Below, in pieces: positions 53,040-62,129 of a stretch of 64,000 bases of DNA. The DNA is taken from NCBI GenBank assembly GCA_041671125.1, contig JBAZCA010000005.1:85864-149863 (forward strand), given 5' to 3'. Position 1 is the stretch's first letter. Each line of letters begins with the position of its first letter. Source of the DNA: Patescibacteria group bacterium. GTDB lineage: Bacteria > Patescibacteriota > Patescibacteriia > Patescibacteriales > JBAZCA01. The notes below the pieces were generated by a model. That model was not told where the DNA came from and searched no databases. It was given only the letters and a program-made list of their open reading frames with translations. Position numbers and translations under genes: made by a program.

Positions 53040-53453
53040 ATGACAAGGAGATATAAACTGGTAAGTTATACTTTGATTGTCGGCTTTCTGGTCGTGATTT
53101 CGGCCGTTGTCCTCACTTCGCAGGACAGTTTTAAAGGCCCGGAAAGTGTTGTTCCCGCTGTAAGCTATGAAAAACTCACCGCTGATGTTTACAAAGAAAA
53201 AGCCCGGGCCGCTTTGGCCGGATACTCGGCAATCGCGGCAAAAGAAAATTTTACCGCCGATGATATAAGGACAATAAAAGACGTCTTTCTGGCCATTAAA
53301 GGAATGCCGGGAGAGTATAAAGATATTCACGTCCGATTAGTCATGGCTCTGATTCAAATAGAAGACTCTTTAATAAGCGGTAACCAAAAAGCCCTGGAAG
53401 AAGGACAAAATAAAATTAACGAGGCCAAAGCGGCTAATATATGGCTGGAATAA
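53040..53453 (+). CDS. Hypothetical membrane-anchored protein (137 aa)
   Basis: One N-terminal TM segment (LVSYTLIVGFLVVISAVVL). Confidence 0.5.
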   Translation: MTRRYKLVSYTLIVGFLVVISAVVLTSQDSFKGPESVVPAVSYEKLTADVYKEKARAALAGYSAIAAKENFTADDIRTIKDVFLAIKGMPGEYKDIHVRLVMALIQIEDSLISGNQKALEEGQNKINEAKAANIWLE

Positions 53454-53454
53454 A

Positions 53455-54213
53455 ATGATCAAACCCTACTATCTACTGATAATAACCCCGGTCTTTCTTT
53501 TTTTTTCGGCGGAGTTCATTGATTATTACCCCGGTTCCCTTTATTATCTGCTACCGCTGGCGAACGCCTTGCTGATCTTTACCGTTTATAATCTCATAAA
53601 AAAAACATCATTTTTAGGCAGTCTGGATTTTTTTATTTTTCCGCTGGTATTTTTTAACAGTTCCCTCGCCAACCTGGTGGTGCTTAATAATGAATTCTTT
53701 GTTCAGGGATTGATTTTTTTTTCCATCGGCATGGTTTGGTATTATCTCAAAGCCGTTTATTTTTTCCATTATGAGCCGCTTTTTTATAAGAGTTTTCAGA
53801 TAAGAAACATTTCTGTTTATGGAAATTTTCTCGCGGTTTTTTTCTTTTCTTCGGCTCTTTTCGGAATGCGGTCTTTCCTTAACTGGCCGGTTTGGGGGAT
53901 TGTCCTGGTTTTGACATTTCTTTTTCTTCTTGTTATATATCAGCTTAGCTGGGCTCATAAAATTCCGCCGGTCGATTCGGGCGTCCATATCTTCGTGGAT
54001 TCTTTAATCCTTATTGAAATAGCCTGGTCGCTTTCTTTTTTGCCACTCCGTTTTTACATTCTCGGCCTGCTTCTTTCCGCCGCTTACTACGTAATTACCG
54101 GGCTTACCCGGCATTATCTTCTCGGGTCGCTGGAGGCGAAAAACGTCAAAACTTATATCGGTATTGGATTGTTTAGCGTAATAATAATTCTTTTATCCTC
54201 CAGGTGGATTTAA
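53455..54213 (+). CDS. Hypothetical polytopic membrane protein (252 aa)
   Basis: About 8 hydrophobic segments. The start lies 2 nt after the previous stop. Confidence 0.55.
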   Translation: MIKPYYLLIITPVFLFFSAEFIDYYPGSLYYLLPLANALLIFTVYNLIKKTSFLGSLDFFIFPLVFFNSSLANLVVLNNEFFVQGLIFFSIGMVWYYLKAVYFFHYEPLFYKSFQIRNISVYGNFLAVFFFSSALFGMRSFLNWPVWGIVLVLTFLFLLVIYQLSWAHKIPPVDSGVHIFVDSLILIEIAWSLSFLPLRFYILGLLLSAAYYVITGLTRHYLLGSLEAKNVKTYIGIGLFSVIIILLSSRWI

Positions 54214-54264
54214 AAAACCAATGCTTACGCGTTCGGCGTAAAAATTATTTATATTTACGACACT

Positions 54265-55401
54265 ATGCTTAAAAAAATATTAGAAAATAAAAATTTTATA
54301 ATCTTAATTTTTATCTCGCTGTTTTCCGGGGCGGCGGGCGGACTGGGGATAATTATTATTTTTCAGAATTACCTCTCCGGCGGAATCGGCCTGCCTTTCA
54401 GCTCTGTTGATATTTCGTCAAGGCTTGATGACGGCCGGGTAATAATCCGCGAACCGAAAAATTTAATTGTCCAGGAGAACGTCAAAATCAAAGAAACCGC
54501 GGATTCGGCGACCGGAAGCCTCGTGGGAATATTTAAAAAGAAAGATATTTCAAAAACCGCTTCAGCGGCCGGAAATTACGCTGATTATTATGTTTTGCAA
54601 GGGGACGCGCCCGAAGGCCTCATTATAACCGGAGACGGCTGGATTATCGCGAAGACTTTTGAGGCGAGCGAAAAAAATATTGTGAGCGGATACGCTGTAA
54701 TCACCAGCGATAAAAAGATTTTTTCCGTTGAATCGGCGGTAATGGATAAAGTGAGCGGTTATACATTTTTAAAAATCAAAGCTAACGGTCTGCCGGTTAA
54801 AAGTTTTTCTCCTCTCGCCGGAATTTATCCCGGGCTTTCGGTTCTGGCGGTTGGCCGATCCGGAGAAGTTTTTCCCGCTTACGTGACTGAAATAAGAATC
54901 CCGTCCGGATCGATAATGTCAAGCGACTACAACCCCAGGGAAATATCAGTCAATTCCCCGATAAAAGACGGACCGAAGGGATCTTTCCTTTTTACTTTCG
55001 GAGGTGGGACGGCGGGTTTTGTTAATCAGGACGGAAAAATTGAGCATGTTAATAATTTTTTGCCGGCTATAGAAAGCTTACTCAAGAACGGAATTGTTAA
55101 AAGGCCGTTTTTCGGTGTGAGTTATATTAATTTAAAAGATTTAGCGGGCTTTCCGGAAGAAAAGGGAGCGCTCCTGGCGAAGCCGACCGGCGGCGAGGCG
55201 ATAAAAAAAGACAGCCCGGCGGCTAAAGCCGGACTGCTGGAAGGCGATATAATACTGGCGATAAACGGGCTGGAAATTGACAAGAATAACGATTTGGAAG
55301 CGGTTCTGGCCCAGTATAAGACCGGCGATAGAATAAAAGTGAAATTTAAGAGGAGCGCGGAAATCAGGGAAACTGAAGCAATAATCGGGGAACTGAAATA
55401 A
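54265..55401 (+). CDS. HtrA-like pseudoprotease with a PDZ domain (catalytic triad not conserved)
   Basis: It is collinear with the HtrA at 23446. His context: TNRHV becomes IAKTF. Asp context: DLAVLKV becomes GYTFLKI. Ser context: GNSGGPL becomes PKGSFLF. The PDZ domain is retained (SPAAKAGLLEGDIILAINGLEI). Confidence 0.65.
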   Translation: MLKKILENKNFIILIFISLFSGAAGGLGIIIIFQNYLSGGIGLPFSSVDISSRLDDGRVIIREPKNLIVQENVKIKETADSATGSLVGIFKKKDISKTASAAGNYADYYVLQGDAPEGLIITGDGWIIAKTFEASEKNIVSGYAVITSDKKIFSVESAVMDKVSGYTFLKIKANGLPVKSFSPLAGIYPGLSVLAVGRSGEVFPAYVTEIRIPSGSIMSSDYNPREISVNSPIKDGPKGSFLFTFGGGTAGFVNQDGKIEHVNNFLPAIESLLKNGIVKRPFFGVSYINLKDLAGFPEEKGALLAKPTGGEAIKKDSPAAKAGLLEGDIILAINGLEIDKNNDLEAVLAQYKTGDRIKVKFKRSAEIRETEAIIGELK

Positions 55402-55548
55402 TTTTTAATAGCGCCGGTTTAAAAATCAGTCCCGGATGTCGGCGGCTGATTTTTTTATATAAGCAGATGTGTTATAATAGTAAATAGACAAAAAATAAAT
55501 AAATTTTGTTTACTGTTTACTATTTTCTATTTACTTAATTCCTTTTTT

Positions 55549-56772
55549 ATGAAAATAAAATCTATCCGTAAATTAAAAAATATCAGGAATAAGGCTGTGT
55601 TTTTAAGATCAGACCTGAATGTTCCGTTAAAAAAAGGCAAAGTGCTTGACGATTTTAAAATCGCGGCCAGCTTGCCGACTATCCGCTATCTTTTACGCTA
55701 TAACTGTCGGATAATAATCGCGAGTCATCTTGAGCCGGTGGGCGGAGAAAAAAATGCTTCATTAAAAGGCGTGGCCAAGCGGCTTTCGGAAATGCTCGGC
55801 AAAAAAGTCGTTTTCGCGTCGGACTGTATCGGGGAAATAGCCGAAAAAGCCGCGGAAAAACTCCGGCCGGGGGAAATCCTTCTCCTTGAAAACCTTAGAG
55901 CGCATAAAGGCGAAAAAGCCGATGATAAGGTCTTTGCCCGATCCCTGGCAAAATTGGTATGTAAAGACTGCGGATTTAGGACAAAGAGAATATTAAATAA
56001 ACTGTCGGGAAAAGAAAGCGAAGGGATTTATGTCAATGATTCTTTCGGGGTTGACCACCGCAAGCACGCTTCGGTTTCGGCCATAAAAAAATATTTACTT
56101 TCTTACGCCGGCCTGCTGGTTGAAAAGGAAGTAGAAAATCTTAATAAGGCCATGCATCCGGCCCGTTCGGCCGTGGCGATTGTCGGCGGCGCCAAGATTT
56201 CAACCAAGATCGCCCTGATAAAAAGCCTTTTACCGAAATACGACGCCATCCTGATCGGCGGCGCCATGGCTAATAATTTTTTCGCGGCCTGCGGCCTGGA
56301 GGTGGGAAAATCACTCGTGTCCAAAGAAGATATCGCCCTGGCCGGAAAATTAAAAGACAAAAAAATAATCCTGCCGGTTGACGTTATAACATCTTCGGGA
56401 AAAACCAAAAAAATAATCAGGAGTTCGGCTCCGGACAAGGTAAAAAAGAGCGAATGCATTTTTGATATCGGCCCGGAAACCATCAAGCTTTACGCGAAGC
56501 ATATCCGTTCGGCCAAAACCATCATGTGGAACGGTCCGATGGGAAAGTTTGAAGAAAAATCTTTTTCACACGGCACTATGGCCGTCGCCCGCCTCGTCGG
56601 CAGCCGGTCGGGCGGACAGGCTTTTGGCGTGGCCGGCGGGGGCGAAACCATGGATGCTTTAAAAAAGAGCCAGATGGTAGAATACCTTGATTGGGCATCA
56701 ACCGGCGGCGGAGCTATGCTCTCTTATCTTGGCCGGGAAAAAATGCCCGGGCTTAAGGGGATCGTATCATGA
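55549..56772 (+). CDS. pgk: Phosphoglycerate kinase
   Basis: RSDLNVPL, NDSFGVDHRKHAS, GGAKISTKI and WNGPMGKFE. It carries a lineage-specific ~22-aa insert (VCKDCGFRTKRILNKLSGKESE). Confidence 0.9.
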   Translation: MKIKSIRKLKNIRNKAVFLRSDLNVPLKKGKVLDDFKIAASLPTIRYLLRYNCRIIIASHLEPVGGEKNASLKGVAKRLSEMLGKKVVFASDCIGEIAEKAAEKLRPGEILLLENLRAHKGEKADDKVFARSLAKLVCKDCGFRTKRILNKLSGKESEGIYVNDSFGVDHRKHASVSAIKKYLLSYAGLLVEKEVENLNKAMHPARSAVAIVGGAKISTKIALIKSLLPKYDAILIGGAMANNFFAACGLEVGKSLVSKEDIALAGKLKDKKIILPVDVITSSGKTKKIIRSSAPDKVKKSECIFDIGPETIKLYAKHIRSAKTIMWNGPMGKFEEKSFSHGTMAVARLVGSRSGGQAFGVAGGGETMDALKKSQMVEYLDWASTGGGAMLSYLGREKMPGLKGIVS

Positions 56773-56796
56773 AAATTTATTTTAATTAAACATTTT

Positions 56797-58101
56797 ATGC
56801 CAGAAATAAAAATCATTATCGCCAGGGAAATTCTTGATTCCCGGGGCAACCCGACGGTGGAAGTGAATATAACCCTGGATAACGGGATAGCGGTTCGAGC
56901 CAGCGCGGCTTCGGCCGGTTCTTTTAGCGCACATGAAGCAGTGGAATTAAGGGATGGTGATAAAAAAAGATTTAACGGGATGGGGGTGTTAAAAGCCGTG
57001 GAAAATGTCAATAAAATTATCAGTTCAAAACTGGCCGGCATGCAGGCGGAAGATCAGAAAAAAATTGACGCCATGATGATTGAACTGGACGGGACCGAGA
57101 ATAAGAAAAAACTGGGAGCCAACGCGATACTGCCCGTATCATTGGCATGCGCCAGGGCGGTTGCTGTTAGCCGCGGACAAGAATTGTATGAATATATGGC
57201 TGAAAATTACGAATTAAAAATTAAAAATTACAAATTACCTGTTCCGTGCTTTAATATGTTTAACGGAGGGGAACACGGCGACACCAATCTGGATTTTAAG
57301 GAATACATGGTAATACCGCTTGCCCACAAAAACTCCCTCCCCTTGAGCGAAGCGATAGGGGGAGGGTCGGGGAGGGGGTTTTCCGATATGGTTCGGATGG
57401 GTGCGGAAATTTATCATGAGCTTGGTTGGGTTTTAAAAGAGGCGGGATATGACACGGACACCGGAACCGAAGGCGGTTACGCGCCGGGTATGCATTCTTC
57501 AATCCAGGCCATGGAATTAATTATGGCCGCCGGAGTCCGCGCCGGATATAAGCCGGGAAAAGATTTTGGCTTAGGGATTGATATCGGATCCTCTGACCTG
57601 TATAATAAGGAAACCGGAAAATATGTTTTTAAGCTGGATCAGTCCCATTTTACGAGCGCCAGCCTGGTTGGATTATATTATGAGTGGTTCCGAAAATACC
57701 CGGTCGTTTATCTTGAAGACGGGCTCTCGGCGGATGATTTTTCCGGTTGGCGGGAATTAACCCGTTCGCTCGGGCCGGAAATCGCCTTGGCGGGCGACAA
57801 ACTTTTTGCCACCCGCGTAAAACGGGTAAGGGAGGCGTTAAAAGAAAAAGCCGCCAATACGGTTGTAATAAAACCGGGTCAGGCCGGTACCCTGACCGAA
57901 ACTATGGAATGTGCCTTGCTCGCGAAAAAACATGGCTATAAAATAGCCGTATCGGCGCGCGGAGGCGAAACAAACGATGATTTTATTTCCGACCTCGCCG
58001 TTGCCCTCGGCGCGGAATATATTAAAGCCGGATCATTGTCAAGAGGGGAGAGGGTGGCGAAGTATAACAGGCTGATGGAAATAGAGAAAGACTTAAAGTA
58101 A
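56797..58101 (+). CDS. eno: Enolase carrying two repeat-derived segments
   Basis: ILDSRGNPTVEV, FNGGEHG, IKPGQAGTLTE and SARGGETNDDFISDLAV. See the findings for the embedded palindrome. Confidence 0.9.
   Translation: MPEIKIIIAREILDSRGNPTVEVNITLDNGIAVRASAASAGSFSAHEAVELRDGDKKRFNGMGVLKAVENVNKIISSKLAGMQAEDQKKIDAMMIELDGTENKKKLGANAILPVSLACARAVAVSRGQELYEYMAENYELKIKNYKLPVPCFNMFNGGEHGDTNLDFKEYMVIPLAHKNSLPLSEAIGGGSGRGFSDMVRMGAEIYHELGWVLKEAGYDTDTGTEGGYAPGMHSSIQAMELIMAAGVRAGYKPGKDFGLGIDIGSSDLYNKETGKYVFKLDQSHFTSASLVGLYYEWFRKYPVVYLEDGLSADDFSGWRELTRSLGPEIALAGDKLFATRVKRVREALKEKAANTVVIKPGQAGTLTETMECALLAKKHGYKIAVSARGGETNDDFISDLAVALGAEYIKAGSLSRGERVAKYNRLMEIEKDLK
57335..57366. repeat. GC-rich palindromic element inside the eno reading frame (reverse orientation relative to copies A and B)
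   Basis: The sequence is ccctccccttgagcgaagcgatagggggaggg. Its reverse complement differs from copy A by one indel and one substitution. It is translated as part of SLPLSEAIGGGSGRG. Confidence 0.85.
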
Positions 58102-58254
58102 TTTAAAATTTTCATTTTTCAATTTTTAAACAATTTTCAATGACTCAATTTTCAATTAAGAAATTGAAATATTTTAATCATTGTTTAGAAATTGATTGCC
58201 TGTCCGGCAGGCAGGAAAATTAAAAATTGAAAATTTTTGTTTAAGTAATTTTGT

Positions 58255-59838
58255 ATGGCAAATAAAGAAAATTTGAATAAAAATAATTTACCCATGATAC
58301 TTGTTATCCTTGACGGCTGGGGCATCGCGCCCCCTTCCAAGGGCAACGCCGTTACCCTTTCCCGGACGCCGGTTATGGACGCCATAACAAAAAAATACCC
58401 TTACACCCTCCTTAAAGCCAGCGGCCGGTCAGTCGGTCTTCCCTTAAAACAGCCCGGCAATTCGGAAGCCGGACACATGAACCTCGGCGCCGGCAGGGTC
58501 GTTGATCAGGACGCAGTGATAATTACAAAAAGCATAAATGACGGCACATTTTTTAAAAACCCGGCTTTTCTCGCCGCAATAAAAAATGTTCGGGAAAAAA
58601 AATCCAACCTCCATATTATGGGCATGCTTTCCAACGGAGAGAGCGCCCACAGCGACCCGGATCATCTTCTCGCGCTTCTTACCCTGGCTCGCCTGCAAAA
58701 AATTCATAATGTCTATCTGCATTTGTTTACCGACGGCAGGGACTCGCCGAGATACGACGGCTTAAAACTGGTGCAGGATATTAAAAAAGGCTTTAAGAAC
58801 GGCGAGGCGATAGCGACTATAATGGGCCGTTATTACGCTATGGATCGGAGAAAAAAATGGTTCAATACGGAAAAAGCTTTTAACGCCCTGGTTTTAGGAA
58901 AAGGCCGGAAATCCGAATCAGTCGAAGCGGCCATCACCGAAAGCTATAACCGGGGGGATTCGGATGAGTTTATTGAACCTTACGTTATCATCCGCAAAGG
59001 CAAGCCCTTACCGAGGATAAGTAACAACGACAGCGTTATTTTCTTTAACCTCCGATCGGACCGGGCGCGCCAGCTCGCTAAGACTTTCGTCCAGAAAAAT
59101 TTTTGTGAGAAAAACGCCGCCTGTTTTATTCCGGCGAAAAGGCTGAAAAATATCGTTTTTATCGCCATGACTGATTTTGGTCCGGATTTAGGAAATATTA
59201 TTTCGGCTTTTCCGAGCGCCGACATCAAAGACACTCTTCCTATGGTATTAAAGGATGTGAGTCAGGCCTATATCGCCGAGACGGAAAAGTATGCCCATGT
59301 CACTTATTTTTTTAACGGCGGTTATGCGGGCCGGGTCAACGGGGAAGAGCAGTTTATGATTCCGTCGCCTGACGTTAAATCTTATGATGAGACTCCGCTT
59401 ATGAGCTCCGCGGCGCTTGCTGATGCCGTGATTTTAAACCTGAAAGAAAAAAAATACGATTTTACCGTCCTGAATCTGGCGGCTCCGGACATGATCGGAC
59501 ATACCGGCAACCTGAAAGCCGGAATTGAGTGCGTTGCCGGCGTGGATAAATGCCTCGGAAAAATCATTGACGCTTATAAGAAAGCCGGCGGCACGATTCT
59601 CGTTACCGCTGATCACGGCAATATTGAGGAAATGATAAACCTCGCGACCGGAGAGATTAATACCGAACATAGTTCCAACCCCGTCCCTTTTGTGCTGGTT
59701 AATGACAGCCTGAAAAAGATAGCGCTCCGGTCCGGCCGGGTGCTTTCCGACGTCGCCCCGACCGCACTTGCGCTTTTAGGGATAAAAAAACCCCCTTTAA
59801 TGAAAGGGGAGAGCCTTATAAAATCACATAACACATAA
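58255..59838 (+). CDS. gpmI: 2,3-bisphosphoglycerate-independent phosphoglycerate mutase, copy 1
   Basis: ILDGWG, GNSEAGHMNLGAGR (catalytic Ser), ETEKYAHVTYFFNGG, PDMIGHTGN and TADHGN. Confidence 0.9.
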   Translation: MANKENLNKNNLPMILVILDGWGIAPPSKGNAVTLSRTPVMDAITKKYPYTLLKASGRSVGLPLKQPGNSEAGHMNLGAGRVVDQDAVIITKSINDGTFFKNPAFLAAIKNVREKKSNLHIMGMLSNGESAHSDPDHLLALLTLARLQKIHNVYLHLFTDGRDSPRYDGLKLVQDIKKGFKNGEAIATIMGRYYAMDRRKKWFNTEKAFNALVLGKGRKSESVEAAITESYNRGDSDEFIEPYVIIRKGKPLPRISNNDSVIFFNLRSDRARQLAKTFVQKNFCEKNAACFIPAKRLKNIVFIAMTDFGPDLGNIISAFPSADIKDTLPMVLKDVSQAYIAETEKYAHVTYFFNGGYAGRVNGEEQFMIPSPDVKSYDETPLMSSAALADAVILNLKEKKYDFTVLNLAAPDMIGHTGNLKAGIECVAGVDKCLGKIIDAYKKAGGTILVTADHGNIEEMINLATGEINTEHSSNPVPFVLVNDSLKKIALRSGRVLSDVAPTALALLGIKKPPLMKGESLIKSHNT

Positions 59839-59940
59839 CACATTTTTTCAGTTCGCCTTAATTAAAGGAAGAGATTATAAAAAAGTCAATTTGTTCCACG
59901 TTATACGTTACGCGCGATATTTTTAATCAGGTATTGGTTT

Positions 59941-61545
59941 ATGTTAAATAACGACAATAAAAAAATAATCAGGCCTAAACCGGTTGTTCTTTGCGTTCTG
60001 GACGGCTGGGGAATAAATCAACCTTACAGCGGCAATGCAATTACCCAGGCGAAACTTCCTACTTATAATGAACTGGTCGCCCACTATCCATCCCTAACTC
60101 TTATGGCTTCCGGCGAGGCAGTCGGCCTTCCCTGGGGAGAAGCTGGAAATTCGGAAGTCGGCCATCTTAACCTCGGGCTAGGAAAAGTAGTTTATCAGGA
60201 TTTGCCGCGGATAAACAAAGCTATCAGTGATAACAGTTTTTTTGAAAATAAGGCTTTGCTCGGCGCTGTTGAACACGCGCGAAAAAATGGATCCGCCCTT
60301 CACCTCATAGGTCTTCTTTCCAACGGCGGAGTCCACGCTTCAATCGACCACGTTACGGCGCTTCTCGCTCTGGCCCGGGAAAAGAAGTTTGACCGGGTTT
60401 TTATCCACGCCTTTCTTGATGGCCGGGATACGGTTTATAACGGCGGAATCGGGTTTATAGAAGATTTGGAGCGCGCCATCAATGAATACGGCCGGGGAAA
60501 AATAGCAAGCCTTTCCGGCCGTTTTTACGCCATGGATCGGGACAATCACTGGGACCGGGTTGAAAAAGCTTACGCGACCATGGTTTTTGGACGGGGAAAA
60601 ATCGCGGCAGATCCGGTAGAGGCTGTTTCCGAAAGTTATGATAATAAAATATATGACGAAGAATTTTTGCCGGTCGCGATTGTTGACGATAAAGGTGTTC
60701 CATTAGGGATGATAAGTGACAATGACGCGGTGATATTTTTTAATTTCCGACCTGACCGGGCGCGCGAACTTACCAAAGCGCTTATTCTTCCCTCTTTTGA
60801 CAAATTTCAGCGCGGGTCGGCGGTAAAAAATTTATTTTTCACCTGTTTTACTGAATACGAAAAAGGTCTGCCCGTTGAAATCGCTTTTTCCGAAGAACCG
60901 GTTAAAAACACTCTGGGAGAAATCATATCCAAGGCTGGACTGAAGCAGCTCCGAATCGCTGAAACGGAGAAGTACGCCCATGTCACTTATTTTTTTAACG
61001 GCGGCAAAGAAGAAAAAAACGATGGCGAAGATCATATCATCGTCCCTTCGCCGCGGATTGACTCATATGATTTAAAGCCGGAGATGTCGGCTAATGAGGT
61101 GACAAAAAAAATTGAAGAAGCCATTCGCAAGAACTTATATGATTTTATTATGGTTAATTACGCCAATGCCGACATGGTTGGCCACACAGGGAACCTGAAA
61201 GCGGCGGTAAAAGCTGTTGAGACGATTGACAAATGCCTTTCCCGCCTTTGTCGGGTCACGCTCCAGTCAGGCGGCGTAGTAGTTATTACGGCTGATCACG
61301 GCAACGCCGAATCCATGTTCAACATGCAGACTGGAACAATTGAAAAAGAGCACAGCGTTAATCCGGTGCCCTTGATACTGGTCGGCAAAGAATTTGAAGG
61401 CAAAGCTCTTTATGGCTCCAATGCTATTGGTTCAGACCTTACTCTTTCCCGACCGGCCGGAATTTTGTCCGATGTCGCTCCGACCATCCTGAAAATTATG
61501 GGGCTCGCAAAGCCCAAAGAAATGACGGGGAGATCGCTAATATAA
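59941..61545 (+). CDS. gpmI: 2,3-bisphosphoglycerate-independent phosphoglycerate mutase, copy 2
   Basis: VLDGWG, GNSEVGHLNLGLGK, ETEKYAHVTYFFNGG, ADMVGHTGN and TADHGN. Confidence 0.9.
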   Translation: MLNNDNKKIIRPKPVVLCVLDGWGINQPYSGNAITQAKLPTYNELVAHYPSLTLMASGEAVGLPWGEAGNSEVGHLNLGLGKVVYQDLPRINKAISDNSFFENKALLGAVEHARKNGSALHLIGLLSNGGVHASIDHVTALLALAREKKFDRVFIHAFLDGRDTVYNGGIGFIEDLERAINEYGRGKIASLSGRFYAMDRDNHWDRVEKAYATMVFGRGKIAADPVEAVSESYDNKIYDEEFLPVAIVDDKGVPLGMISDNDAVIFFNFRPDRARELTKALILPSFDKFQRGSAVKNLFFTCFTEYEKGLPVEIAFSEEPVKNTLGEIISKAGLKQLRIAETEKYAHVTYFFNGGKEEKNDGEDHIIVPSPRIDSYDLKPEMSANEVTKKIEEAIRKNLYDFIMVNYANADMVGHTGNLKAAVKAVETIDKCLSRLCRVTLQSGGVVVITADHGNAESMFNMQTGTIEKEHSVNPVPLILVGKEFEGKALYGSNAIGSDLTLSRPAGILSDVAPTILKIMGLAKPKEMTGRSLI

Positions 61546-61593
61546 TTTTTTAATTTTTTAAAATTTTGTTTAAAAATTATAAAATTAAAAATT

Positions 61594-62055
61594 TTATATT
61601 ATATAGTATCCAATCAGGCTAACAAACAAACCAATAACTGCTCCGGCTAAAACTTGAGCCGGGGTGTGGCCGATTTTTTCCAAAAGCCTCGGATAGTGCC
61701 GGTCCAGGAGGTCATCTTCTTTTAAATCCCGAACTAAAACGTTTAAGACTTTTCCCTGGTCGCCGAGATACTGCCGGAGGCCGAACGCGTCCCGGATAAT
61801 GAAAATCGCCAGAAAAAAACTCAGGGTGAATGACGGCGAATAAAACCCCTGCTCCAGCCCCATGATGGTTGCGAGAGAAACAACTATGGCCGAATGCATG
61901 GAAGGCATTCCGGAATAAGCGACCAGACTACGCCAGTTCCATTTGTAATGGTTGGAGGGGATGAATAACTTCGCCAGCTGGGCGATTGTGCCGGCGATAA
62001 TGGGAATTAGCAGGATGTTATACATAAGATAGGAATTAATTATTACGCTTTCCAT
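61594..62055 (-). CDS. Divergent PAP2-family membrane protein (YuiD/DUF212-like)
   Basis: IIAGTIAQLAKLFI and SGMPSMHSAIVVSLAT. It is the only well-supported minus-strand gene in the window. Confidence 0.7.
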   Translation of the reverse strand: MESVIINSYLMYNILLIPIIAGTIAQLAKLFIPSNHYKWNWRSLVAYSGMPSMHSAIVVSLATIMGLEQGFYSPSFTLSFFLAIFIIRDAFGLRQYLGDQGKVLNVLVRDLKEDDLLDRHYPRLLEKIGHTPAQVLAGAVIGLFVSLIGYYII

Positions 62056-62129
62056 AATTATATCATATATCCATAAAAAAACGCCATGCCCTTAATTGAA
62101 GATTTAATAAAGTTTGGTATAATGTGATT

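Noticed and set aside
55950-56020. The ~22-aa insert in Pgk (VCKDCGFRTKRILNKLSGKESE) as another mobile-element insertion
   Set aside because: The nucleotide sequence has no palindromic or repeated structure and matches none of the spacer families. It is treated as a lineage-specific loop.
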